Below are positions 9,442-18,340 of a stretch of DNA of 64,000 bases, in pieces (positions within the stretch are counted from its first letter, which is position 1; every line of letters begins with the position of its first letter). The stretch lies in IMG/VR virus record IMGVR_UViG_3300034358_000044, positions 131,736-195,735 of that record. One strand, 5' to 3'. The translations under genes and the position numbers were made by a program. Source of the DNA: a virus. The notes under the pieces were generated by a model. That model was not told where the DNA came from. It did no database searches and saw only the letters and a list, made by a program, of their open reading frames with translations.

Positions 9442-10072
9442 GCGCCCTCACGAGTTTCTTGGTGTAGGCCAGTCGGTGGAGATACCCGCTGTGGCTCGTA
9501 GTGGAGTCTTTCCCGTCAACAACGAGTCCAAACTGTTGAATGGCTTCGAGATGGTCGTGAGTCCCATAGCCTTTGTTCTGCCTCCAGCCGTAGTCAGGCA
9601 ACCCTTGGCTGGTTCTCTCCTTGGCGTAGTCGATCATCATCGTGTCCCGAAGGTGCTTCGCGATGATGCTGGCGGCGCTGACCTGCTTGTACTTGTCGTC
9701 CGCCTTGGGTTCGACGACCTGTTCTCCTGCCCAACTCCGTACGGGGCTGCTGCCGTCCACGTAGAGGATGTCGGGCTTGGCGATGGTGAGGTCTGCCAGC
9801 GCCCTAGTGTAGGAGAGCTGGAGGCCCACTCCTGGGCCGTACTGGTCGAGCTCCCAGGGCCAGGCGTGCCCGACACCGAAGTCGAGTACTACTTGGCACA
9901 GCAGGGGGTACAGCATGCCTCTCTGAGCCTCTGTGGTCTTCTTCGAGTCACGCACCCCAGGGGGCAGCAGGGGCACGGCAGAGTCTCTCAGGAGGGCTAC
10001 GACGGTGATGACAGGGCCTGCGAGGGCACCCCATCCGACTTCATCAACAGAGCCCCCCGCGAATGACATCAC
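9428..10072 (-). CDS. rnhB: Ribonuclease HII
   Basis: VDEVGWGALAGPV, DSKK, YVDG, KADDKYKQVSAASIIAK, YGWRQNKGYGT..H: the RNase HII motif series. Confidence 0.92.
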   Translation of the reverse strand: MMSFAGGSVDEVGWGALAGPVITVVALLRDSAVPLLPPGVRDSKKTTEAQRGMLYPLLCQVVLDFGVGHAWPWELDQYGPGVGLQLSYTRALADLTIAKPDILYVDGSSPVRSWAGEQVVEPKADDKYKQVSAASIIAKHLRDTMMIDYAKERTSQGLPDYGWRQNKGYGTHDHLEAIQQFGLVVDGKDSTTSHSGYLHRLAYTKKLVRAHATR

Positions 10073-10112
10073 GGGGGGCTACCTCCTTCTTAGTGCGGGG
10101 CATCCGTTCCTT

Positions 10113-10475
10113 TCACGGTGATTCGTTCTGCTCGTTTCCCATCTTGCGTTTCACGATGACTTGTACGACGAGGGAGGTAGGTTTGATGGAGACCGCATTT
10201 CCCGGTACACAGTTGTTCTTGGTGAGCCACTTCTGGAAGATGTTCCATATCTCAAGAGCCACTTTCCCGTTGACTTTCTCTGGCCAGTAGAGCTTCAGCC
10301 CGTAAACGAGTGGGTTGACAGTGCCCACGACTTCATAGACCATCTCTTGGTCCAGGGCGCCTCCTGTTGACTCGCAGAATGCAGGAACCCACGCCAGAGG
10401 CGGTGGCACTCTTGAGGGCTTCATGACAGTAGTCTCCAGTGAAGAGTACAAGAGACTCGACAACGACGTCGTCAT
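10113..10475 (-). CDS. Hypothetical protein (start uncertain)
   Basis: Open frame divergent from and overlapping the terminase start; the true start is probably internal. Confidence 0.45.
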   Translation of the reverse strand: MTTSLSSLLYSSLETTVMKPSRVPPPLAWVPAFCESTGGALDQEMVYEVVGTVNPLVYGLKLYWPEKVNGKVALEIWNIFQKWLTKNNCVPGNAVSIKPTSLVVQVIVKRKMGNEQNESP

Positions 10476-12216
10476 CTCTGAGAGCGGGCAGCCAGAGCCG
10501 AAGGAAGAATGGGACTACGAGCCAGTAGTTGAGGTGGACCCGGATGAGCTGGAACTGCAGAAAGGCAGCGAGCTCGTCTACATCTCTCCCTCCCGCTTTG
10601 TCGAGTTCGCCATCACGGTTCCCGACAAGGTGCTGCAGAAGCGAGTGCCCTTCTCCTTCGAGAACCGCCGCTACCTCCGTCATCCCTACGACACCGCCTC
10701 CAAGCGCGTCCTCCTGAAGTGTGGTCGGCAGGTCGAGAAGAGCACGATGTTGGGGAACAAGTGCCTCTCGTACTGCGCCATCTACTCTGCCTTCAACGTC
10801 CTCTACGTTTCCCCCACCAACCTTCAGACGAAGACCTTCAGTCAGGACCGCTTGAAGGAGCCGGTGGAGACATCAGAACGATTGAAGGCTTGGACGACGT
10901 CGAAGCTGAGCGACAACGTCTTCTCCAAGAAGTTCGTCAACCGGAGCCAGATAACGCTCCGCTACGCCTACCACAACGCCGACCGGGTTCGTGGCATCCC
11001 TGCTGACATGGTCCTCATTGATGAGGTCCAGGACATCATCACGGACAACCTTCCGGTCATCGAGGAGTGCGCCTCCCACTCCGAGTTCAAGCTCTTCCTG
11101 TACTCAGGGACGCCCAAGTCTCTGGACAACCCTCTGGAGAAGTACTGGACGGAGCAGTCGACCCAGAACGAGTGGGTGGTGCCCTGTGAGCACCACGGCC
11201 TCCCCAAGGATCCCAGCACCTGGTTCTGGAACATCCTCAGCGAAGAGAACATGGGCAAGGAAGGTCTCATCTGTTCTCGCTGTGGGAAGCCCATCTACTC
11301 GATGCACCCACACTCCCAGTGGGTGTCGATGAACCCGAACGTCTACACCCGACTGAAGCAGCCCTTTGAGGGCTACCGGGTACCGCAGCTCATGGTGCCT
11401 TGGCTTGACTGGCACGAGCTCCTCGACAAGCGTACCAAGCAGTCCCAGACGGTCTTCTTCAACGAGGTGTTGGGGCTCTCCTACGACTCCGGTACTCGCC
11501 CCCTCACTCGGCAGGACGTCGTCGATAACTGCCAGCCTGGGCTCTTGATGACGGAGTCCAACCTCACCGACATCAAGCGACACATGGGTACGGCTTCTCC
11601 CATCTTCGCCGGCATCGACTGGGGTACTGGTGAGAATACGTACACCGTCCTCACCCTGGGCGGCTACATCAACGAGTACTTCACCATCTTCTACATTCAC
11701 CGTTTCGAGGGGCCTGAGATGGAGCCAGAGGTGCAGCTCGACCTCATCGAGACCATCATCAAGAACTGGAACGTCAAGGTGGTGGGGACAGACTACGGCG
11801 GCGGCTTTGATCGCAACGATCGTCTCCAGCGGAAGTTCGGAAGGGACCGAATCTGGAAGTACCAGTACTCGACCCCTTCCCAGAAGGTGAAGTGGGAGGA
11901 CAAGTTCCACCGTTTCATCGTCCACCGCACCGAGGTGATGTCGGACATCTTCAACGCCATCAAGCGGAGGAACGTCTTCCGCTTCCCTGACTGGCAGCAA
12001 TTCGAGGACCCCTTCTCCAAGGACCTCCTCAACATCTTCTCGGAGTACAACGAGCAGGCCCGGCAGATTCAGTACAAGAAGTCGCCTGACGTGACGGACG
12101 ACTCCTTCCACTCCATCCTGCTCTGCTTCCTTGTCTCGATGCTGCGCCACCCCAGGCACGATGTTCTGAACCCTCAGGCGCGCACGTCTGCTGGTGCAAT
12201 GGACATTGAGGACTAA
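10423..12216 (+). CDS. terL: Terminase large subunit
   Basis: Walker A-like LKCGRQVEKST; Walker B MVLIDEVQD; SGTP coupling motif; CxxC insert; nuclease acidic residues AGIDWG and DDSFHS. Confidence 0.9.
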   Translation: MTVVSSEEYKRLDNDVVISESGQPEPKEEWDYEPVVEVDPDELELQKGSELVYISPSRFVEFAITVPDKVLQKRVPFSFENRRYLRHPYDTASKRVLLKCGRQVEKSTMLGNKCLSYCAIYSAFNVLYVSPTNLQTKTFSQDRLKEPVETSERLKAWTTSKLSDNVFSKKFVNRSQITLRYAYHNADRVRGIPADMVLIDEVQDIITDNLPVIEECASHSEFKLFLYSGTPKSLDNPLEKYWTEQSTQNEWVVPCEHHGLPKDPSTWFWNILSEENMGKEGLICSRCGKPIYSMHPHSQWVSMNPNVYTRLKQPFEGYRVPQLMVPWLDWHELLDKRTKQSQTVFFNEVLGLSYDSGTRPLTRQDVVDNCQPGLLMTESNLTDIKRHMGTASPIFAGIDWGTGENTYTVLTLGGYINEYFTIFYIHRFEGPEMEPEVQLDLIETIIKNWNVKVVGTDYGGGFDRNDRLQRKFGRDRIWKYQYSTPSQKVKWEDKFHRFIVHRTEVMSDIFNAIKRRNVFRFPDWQQFEDPFSKDLLNIFSEYNEQARQIQYKKSPDVTDDSFHSILLCFLVSMLRHPRHDVLNPQARTSAGAMDIED

Positions 12217-12250
12217 GAAGAAACGGCTCGTGCAAGCCCGTCCCCTCTTC
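12208..12250 (-). terminator. Hairpin terminator with TTAGT tail (variant)
   Basis: GAGGACTAAGAAG overlapping the terL stop, then ACGGCT-CGTGCA-AGCCCGT; convergent genes. Confidence 0.55.
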
Positions 12251-12252
12251 GA

Positions 12253-12699
12253 CTACGGCAGCTTCTTGACGAGCTGAGGAGCCATCCCCGCCACGGGGGG
12301 CAGGTTCTCCAGCGGGTCGTTGTTCCCGAACAGGCCCAACCTGGGCCAGTCGAACTTGTGCGCCACCTTCTCGTAGGTGACGACCACGCCGACGCCGACC
12401 ACCACTGCGATCGTGATGTTCTTCAGGTTGGGAGTGATGCCACCCAGCCGGGAGACCTTGTCCATCACGCGCTGCTCCAGCGGCTTGCCCTCCATCATGG
12501 CAGCCTCCTCGAACTGCCCGTTGCGGCGGAAGTTCTTCGCCATCGCCGCCCTCAGCTCGGGGGGGAGCTGCTCGATGGTGATGTTCTGCGCCTTCTGAGG
12601 CACCTGCTGCGCTTGCGGGGGGACAGCCACCGCCTCATTGGCGGTCTGTGGCTTGCCACCGATGTCGATGACGATGCCCTTTTCGTTCTCGTTGCTCAT
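12253..12699 (-). CDS. Hypothetical single-pass membrane protein
   Basis: Start MSNENEKG at 12699 with GGAG SD; TM segment ITIAVVVGVGVVVTY. Confidence 0.65.
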   Translation of the reverse strand: MSNENEKGIVIDIGGKPQTANEAVAVPPQAQQVPQKAQNITIEQLPPELRAAMAKNFRRNGQFEEAAMMEGKPLEQRVMDKVSRLGGITPNLKNITIAVVVGVGVVVTYEKVAHKFDWPRLGLFGNNDPLENLPPVAGMAPQLVKKLP

Positions 12700-12750
12700 G
12701 GGGGTTGGTTCTCCAGTGAAGACCAAGAGTTGATCTCTTGGGTTCACAGC

Positions 12751-12778
12751 CTTATCCCAATCCCTAGTCTCTTTTTGC
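12751..12778 (-). promoter_or_regulatory. Conserved bipartite phage promoter, copy 2
   Basis: GCAA-AAAGAGACTAGGGAT-TGGGATAAG; lies in the 3' end of the HTH gene. Confidence 0.6.
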
Positions 12779-13462
12779 CAAGCGCCTGAAGAGGGCTTCC
12801 TTGTTGGTTTCCAGCCCTTCCAGGAACTGAGGTGAAACAGTTCCACGACCCAGCTCCAGCCAGGTCACCACTACTGCTCGAAGCTGCTTCCTGGCCGCAC
12901 TGAGTCTTTCACCTAGAGACTGCCAGGCGAGGGAGGGGCTCTTCTTGTCCTCTGCCCAACAGTGGTCCACAAGCTGGGAACAGAAGTCGAAGAAGGGAGC
13001 CCAGGCCTTTGGGTTGTTCGTAGCCTTGGAGAGCGCAGAGAGAGTTTCCTCATCCATTCGCTCGAAGATCTCCACCCACTTGTTGGTAAGGTCCTGTGTC
13101 CAGTTTCCAGCTTTCTCGATTCCGAGGTATGCTTGTGCGGCCGAATACAGCCCCAGACAGGTATTGGTGTCTGGACGGAGAGGCTGCGGGTCTCTCAGTT
13201 CCATGAGGTGTTTCACCAGTCTCATCTCATCTTCGAGCTTCTGGAGACGGCTCGCCATGTTGATGAACGACCTTCTATTCATCGACGGCAGGTCTACCTC
13301 CAGGTCGACTGCAAGGAGATCCACATCTCCACGATCCAATACAGAGCGTCCCGCTTCTACTCTCTTCTTGATGAATCCCCTCTTCACGTAGTCGTGGAGA
13401 GAACGCTGCGACCGTCCAAGCCGTTGACCTGCTTCCTGGAACGTATAGAAGGGACTTCCCAC
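12764..13462 (-). CDS. Excisionase/MerR-like HTH DNA-binding protein with helical C-terminal domain
   Basis: N-terminal YTFQEAGQRLGRSQRSLHDYVKRGFI; GTG start with AGGAGG SD. Confidence 0.75.
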   Translation of the reverse strand: MGSPFYTFQEAGQRLGRSQRSLHDYVKRGFIKKRVEAGRSVLDRGDVDLLAVDLEVDLPSMNRRSFINMASRLQKLEDEMRLVKHLMELRDPQPLRPDTNTCLGLYSAAQAYLGIEKAGNWTQDLTNKWVEIFERMDEETLSALSKATNNPKAWAPFFDFCSQLVDHCWAEDKKSPSLAWQSLGERLSAARKQLRAVVVTWLELGRGTVSPQFLEGLETNKEALFRRLAKRD

Positions 13463-13527
13463 GTGACCTCCTGCAAGCCTACTCTGGTTGTGCTACATCT
13501 TTCGTCTACATCAGGGAGCTACAGCCC

Positions 13528-14571
13528 ATGAACAACGAGTCATCCATTGCCCTGCTAAGCAAGGGCAAGAGCGCAAACATCTCCCCCGAGAAGCTGGAGA
13601 TGATGGGCAAGGAGGCTGCCAACATCTTCATCGAGAAGCACATCTCCCTCAACGAGAGCATCTCGAAGCTGGCTGCGGCACACGATGACATCAGCCAGGA
13701 ACAAATCAAGAGGGTCTGCGAATTCGCCAACACCGCCGTGTACCTGGCGAAGCACGACATGGCCAAGACCGCCGGCTCCTCTTCGAGCTATCCCGAGTTC
13801 GACCTGGCCGATCCGAACCGTGTCATCCAGGACCTCTCGGATGGAACCAAGTCCACTGTCACCACCAAGGTGGATGCTGACTACAGCCGCCTGCCTCAGA
13901 AGGTGAAGACCTCTTCCGCAGAGAAGAAGGTCGTTCGAATTGACCGGATGAAGGGGGCCAATGGGAAGCCGAACTACTGCGTCCATCACTACAGTGATGG
14001 AACCAGTTCCGGCCCGACCACTACAAAGACGGCCTCTCCAGCCGAGATGGCCCTTGAGGAACTCTTCACTTCGAAGACTGCAGAAGACCTCGACTACTCC
14101 AAGGACACTGCCGTCAATGAGGTGATGGCCGCCAAGGAGCAGCTCATCGGCCTCAGGGACCATCTTCGTTCCGCCGGAGAGCAGTTCGACCTGCTGCGCA
14201 AGGAGTCTGCTTCCGAGCTCTACGAGCTCTCCAAGCGCTTCATGATGGACGGGGGCAGCTTTGCCGACATCGGCAAGGTGGCCTACGCTGTCAGCCAGAG
14301 TCAGGACGAGATGGCGAATCTCCTCGACCCCATCATCAAGGGGCTGCTGAAGGAGAAGGTCTCCAGTGCCTCTGAGCTCAAGCTGGGCATCCGTGGGATG
14401 GAGAAGGTGGCTCACCGTACCGTCAATCCCGAGCACCCCATGATGAAGGTGGCAGCCGCCGTCCTCGTGGCCGACAGAGAGATGGAGAAGGTGGCCCAGG
14501 GGCTCAAGGAGGTCACTGCCGGACTCAACGAGGTGAACTCCTTCATCAAGGAGCAGCTCCGTGCTGGGTAG
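13528..14571 (+). CDS. Putative head core/internal protein with K-x-A motifs
   Basis: 347 aa; first gene of the head operon; AKTAG, KTSS, KTAS, KTAE, EKVA x2, MKVAA. Confidence 0.6.
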   Translation: MNNESSIALLSKGKSANISPEKLEMMGKEAANIFIEKHISLNESISKLAAAHDDISQEQIKRVCEFANTAVYLAKHDMAKTAGSSSSYPEFDLADPNRVIQDLSDGTKSTVTTKVDADYSRLPQKVKTSSAEKKVVRIDRMKGANGKPNYCVHHYSDGTSSGPTTTKTASPAEMALEELFTSKTAEDLDYSKDTAVNEVMAAKEQLIGLRDHLRSAGEQFDLLRKESASELYELSKRFMMDGGSFADIGKVAYAVSQSQDEMANLLDPIIKGLLKEKVSSASELKLGIRGMEKVAHRTVNPEHPMMKVAAAVLVADREMEKVAQGLKEVTAGLNEVNSFIKEQLRAG

Positions 14572-14794
14572 ACTCACCAAGCTGGCCCAAAGGTCGGCAC
14601 AGCTTCGTCGGGCTGCTCTTCGTAAGGAGGCAGGCATCCTCGGTGCTGTCAGCAAACAGGTAGGTGGTGCCGCCATCGGCGGAGCGTTGGCTGCCCCTAC
14701 CGCCATTGCAAAGACGAAAGAGTACAAGCAGGGATTCGATCCGGCCTACCAACAGTCCATGCATGGTCCGGCACCAAAGCCTCCAGGAGTTTGA
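14561..14794 (+). CDS. Small head-cluster protein
   Basis: 77 aa; basic N-terminus ending in RKEA, then a Gly-rich hydrophobic stretch. Confidence 0.55.
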   Translation: MLGRLTKLAQRSAQLRRAALRKEAGILGAVSKQVGGAAIGGALAAPTAIAKTKEYKQGFDPAYQQSMHGPAPKPPGV

Positions 14795-14795
14795 C

Positions 14796-15416
14796 ATGAC
14801 CGCCGAAGAGATTCTCGCAGCTGCCAACGAGGCGAACCCTGAGTACGTCGAGAAGACGGCGAACGCTCTGTTCGTTCTGCAGCATGGAGAGCCAGAGTTC
14901 GTTGACGAGATGATGAAGGACATCAACATCATCACCGCAGTCACGATGGAGAAATCTGCAGGAGTGAAAGACGTTTTGAGGCGTGGTTGGGGCAGTACTG
15001 GGGGGAAGCTCCCTGACGCAGCTCAGGGTGTGCTGATTGCCGGTGCAGCTTCAGTCGCTCTCGGACTGGGGGCAGCAGTGGCAGGAGACCTCTACGATGC
15101 TGCCAAGAGAGGCCTCACCAGGAAGAGGAACTACGATGCCATCGTCAAGGCGAACCCGGACCTTCAGCGCCACGACAAGAAGGAGCTCATCAACTCCTTC
15201 TCCACTCTTCACCGCTTCGCTCCTGAGTTCACTGCAGATCCTCGCCTGGGTGGTGAGCTCCTGGGGGCCATGGCCTCTTTGGGAGGCGGTGCTGAAGGGG
15301 GGCAGCGTGCCCTGGTTGAGGAGCTCCTCAACTCCAGGAAGACGTTGGTTGACGCCCGGAAGAACCAGTTCTCTCTCGGCAGGCCCGATGCCAGCATGAT
15401 GGGATTCAAGAAGTGA
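14796..15416 (+). CDS. Head-cluster protein with hydrophobic hairpin
   Basis: ATG at 14796 with AGGAG SD; EKTA and EKSA motifs; GVLIAGAASVALGLGAAVAG. Confidence 0.65.
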   Translation: MTAEEILAAANEANPEYVEKTANALFVLQHGEPEFVDEMMKDINIITAVTMEKSAGVKDVLRRGWGSTGGKLPDAAQGVLIAGAASVALGLGAAVAGDLYDAAKRGLTRKRNYDAIVKANPDLQRHDKKELINSFSTLHRFAPEFTADPRLGGELLGAMASLGGGAEGGQRALVEELLNSRKTLVDARKNQFSLGRPDASMMGFKK

Positions 15417-17023
15417 TCAAGCAGCTTTCCTATCTCGGTCGAACCGAGCAAGGCATCTTCGCTCAAGCGCTCTTCGGGAGTGCTGGGGCCTTCGAGAAGA
15501 CTGCCGGCGCTCCTCCGTTTGCCAACTTGGAGACCGGTGACGAGCTGAGGAAGGCTGTCTCCAGCATCACCAAGAAGGACAGAGAAGCGTTCTGCTACGT
15601 CCTGGTGAACGCCTTGGGAGCTGGAGAGTTCTTTGGCTCCAACATCAACGCGGACTGGTTCCCGTGGAATGCTCTCTCCCACCAAGGGGATGACTACGGG
15701 TACAAGACGTTCTTGAGGGCGCACGCCTTCTCTCACCACAAGAACAAGGATCCTCAGCGCGCCTTCGGTGTACCCATCTCCTCCCTACTGAACCCGCGCA
15801 TGAAGCGGGTCGAGCTCATCATCAAGCTCGACAGGGAGAAGGCGAAGCTGGAGCAGGCGGACGGCATCATCAGCCGCATCGACGCCGGAGAGTTCCCTGA
15901 CGTCTCGATGGGCTGCAAGGTTCCATTCGACGTCTGCTCCATCTGCGGTAACCACAGCAAGACGAAGGACGACTACTGCAAGCACATGAGGCCCGACCCG
16001 GAAGACCGGGACAAGTGGGGGCCGAACAAGATTCTCCCAGATGGACGGCGCATCTGCGTCATCAACACGCTTCCTAGGTTCTTCGACATCTCCTTCGTCT
16101 TCATTGGAGCGGATAAGACCGCCAAGGTGATGATGAAGTTGGCCTCAAGAAACATCGTCACTGGCCCAATCATTCTGTCGGCCGATGCAGGTGCTCAGTT
16201 CTACGAGGGTATTGGTAAGCAGAAGACCGCCTCCGTTCGACAGGAGCTCCCCAAGATGGCCTCCCAGAAGAAGGTCTCAGAGATTCTGAAGGACATTCCT
16301 GCTGGCACCTTCTCCATGAAGAGGCTGTCCTCTCTGGAGAGGGCCGAGCCCACCATCGGTAAAAAGGCGCTCAAGAAGCTTTCCCAGCATCCCCTGTCTG
16401 CTGCCCTCGGGGCCACTGCTGCGATGGGCATCGTCCTCAAACCGGAGGAGTTCCAGTATCTGGTGTTGGAGAAGATGGGTGAAGCAGAGCTGGCAGACAT
16501 CCTCTCCAATGAGACTCTGGTCTTCCACAAGACCGCATCCTTCCACCATACGGACATCGAGTTTATCAAGGAGGCGGTCGATTCCTCCATTTCTCTTCTT
16601 CGAGACGTGGTGAAAGAGCGGACAGTCTTTGGGGAGCCGTTCGTGCTTCGAACGGCTGCTCCTTCAGAAGCCCCCAAAAACCCTCTTCCCACACCTTCTC
16701 CGGTCGAGCATTCTCTTCTGGACAAGATCAGCGCGGCATACAATGGTTACCGTTGGTCGCTGATGATGAAGCTGTCGGAAGCGTCGGAGATGGTGGAGAG
16801 CGACTCAAGGTTGCGAGAGGCTGTACTGGGAGACGGACTGGTGAACATGTTTTCAAAGACGGCCAGTCGTTCCCCACTCATCACTCGCGACTCGGTAGCA
16901 TACATGATGGGCGCTCATTTCTCTGACCGTAGTGTGTTGTCGAATGCTGCAGTCGTCGATGCGATTGCAGAGAGCAACAAGGACTTCCTCAATGGTGAGG
17001 GGTTCTCGGCCCAGGGGTTCTGA
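15413..17023 (+). CDS. Prohead (maturation) protease, HK97/assemblin fold with Zn-finger insert and scaffold-like C-terminus
   Basis: NINADWF; FSHH (candidate catalytic His); DVSMG (candidate catalytic Ser) followed by CSICG...YCKH; FFDISFV..GADKTA; lies upstream of the scaffold and capsid genes. Confidence 0.8.
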   Translation: MIKQLSYLGRTEQGIFAQALFGSAGAFEKTAGAPPFANLETGDELRKAVSSITKKDREAFCYVLVNALGAGEFFGSNINADWFPWNALSHQGDDYGYKTFLRAHAFSHHKNKDPQRAFGVPISSLLNPRMKRVELIIKLDREKAKLEQADGIISRIDAGEFPDVSMGCKVPFDVCSICGNHSKTKDDYCKHMRPDPEDRDKWGPNKILPDGRRICVINTLPRFFDISFVFIGADKTAKVMMKLASRNIVTGPIILSADAGAQFYEGIGKQKTASVRQELPKMASQKKVSEILKDIPAGTFSMKRLSSLERAEPTIGKKALKKLSQHPLSAALGATAAMGIVLKPEEFQYLVLEKMGEAELADILSNETLVFHKTASFHHTDIEFIKEAVDSSISLLRDVVKERTVFGEPFVLRTAAPSEAPKNPLPTPSPVEHSLLDKISAAYNGYRWSLMMKLSEASEMVESDSRLREAVLGDGLVNMFSKTASRSPLITRDSVAYMMGAHFSDRSVLSNAAVVDAIAESNKDFLNGEGFSAQGF

Positions 17024-17079
17024 CCTCGAAGACGGCCACCGACCAGAAGACTCGCAGTTCAAACCCCAGGAGCAAATAC

Positions 17080-17859
17080 ATGGATCCCCAGCTTGCAGCA
17101 ATCTACGGAACGGCGAATGTCGATGAGGCAGACCTGGAGAAGCTCGCCGCAGCCGAGCTCGCAGAAGGCCTCGCCAACGAAGAAGAGGGCACGGAAGACC
17201 TGACCGAGGAGGACCTGGAGGCGATCGCTCAGGACGTCCTCAACGGTTCCGACGAGGGCGACGAGGGTCAGGAGAAGACCTCTGAGGCGCAGGAGAAGCT
17301 GGCCGAGGCCGACTACCTCGGCCGCGTGATGGCGCACTCGTACGTCAACGAGCTCCGCAGCATCGAGAAGACGGCCGAAGATGCAGCGCCCGCCAAGGCC
17401 AAGGAGCCGGGACGTGTGCGCCAGGCAGCAGGCAAGGCCTGGGGTGCGGTCAAGGGTGGTGGCAAGCGCTACGGCGAGCTGATGCGTGGTGGCAAGGCGG
17501 GCGAGGCAGGTGAGATGGCAGGACGTCGTGCCGGCAACTCGCTCAAGGGTTTCAAGCAGATGCGTGGTGAGGCGCTGAAGTCTCTCGGCGCTCGTGGTGG
17601 TACTGCCATCGGTGCCGCTGGTGCCGCCTACGGCGCCAAGAAGCTGTATGACAAGGTCAAGAAGTCGTCGGCCGTCGACACGCTCGTCGAGCAGCGCGCG
17701 CTGGAGATCCTCGAAGCCAACGGCATCGATCCGAACCAGCTCTCCCCGGTCGAGGGGCAGACCAAGATGTCGGATCCCCGTGAGGCGCTGGCCAACGAGG
17801 TCGAGCAGAGGGCCTGGAACCTGCTCGGCCAGTACGGAGTGGTTCCCGACGAGGAGTGA
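17080..17859 (+). CDS. Putative scaffolding/core protein (acidic)
   Basis: Very acidic N-terminus; EKLA x2, EKTA, KKSSA; ADYLGRVMAHSYVNEL; AGGAG SD. Confidence 0.6.
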   Translation: MDPQLAAIYGTANVDEADLEKLAAAELAEGLANEEEGTEDLTEEDLEAIAQDVLNGSDEGDEGQEKTSEAQEKLAEADYLGRVMAHSYVNELRSIEKTAEDAAPAKAKEPGRVRQAAGKAWGAVKGGGKRYGELMRGGKAGEAGEMAGRRAGNSLKGFKQMRGEALKSLGARGGTAIGAAGAAYGAKKLYDKVKKSSAVDTLVEQRALEILEANGIDPNQLSPVEGQTKMSDPREALANEVEQRAWNLLGQYGVVPDEE

Positions 17860-17874
17860 CCTGAAGGGGTAGCG

Positions 17875-18327
17875 ATGCCGGAATGGATTCACCAGAGAGC
17901 AGACCACATACGGGCCAAGAACCCAGGCATGTCTGAATCTCAATCCTTCGCCATCGCTACCCAGCAGGCTCATGCATCAGGCAAGGCCCCTCGGGGGTTC
18001 GGTACTCCCGAGGGGAAGAGGGAAGCGAAGAAGAAGTACGATGAGCCGAAGTCCGCCTACAAGAAGACAGCGGACCCCGGCCACATCGCCAAGACTTCCT
18101 CGGTCATGGTGATGTGGGCTGGGTTCTCTGATGAACTCCAGAAGATCGCATTCGCAGGTGCTTCAACGGTTTCCAATGTCACCAAGCCAATACCTACTCC
18201 AGGTATGAAACTGCCGAAGTTGACAGCAAAGCCGGTGGTAACGGAGCCGGAATCACCGGCCTCAAAGTTGGACCTCTTGGGAAGTTCTCGAACGCCACAA
18301 CCGCCGCCTGTGACTTCAGGTGGGTAA
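17875..18327 (+). CDS. Head-cluster protein with internal FSDELQKIA tag
   Basis: 150 aa; KKTA, AKTSS, GFSDELQKIA; Pro-rich C-terminus. Confidence 0.6.
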   Translation: MPEWIHQRADHIRAKNPGMSESQSFAIATQQAHASGKAPRGFGTPEGKREAKKKYDEPKSAYKKTADPGHIAKTSSVMVMWAGFSDELQKIAFAGASTVSNVTKPIPTPGMKLPKLTAKPVVTEPESPASKLDLLGSSRTPQPPPVTSGG

Positions 18328-18340
18328 CAAGGAGCAACAG

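Noticed and set aside
12764-13462. Prophage excisionase/integration module
   Set aside because: HTH only; no integrase or att-like repeat nearby, so treated as a regulator.
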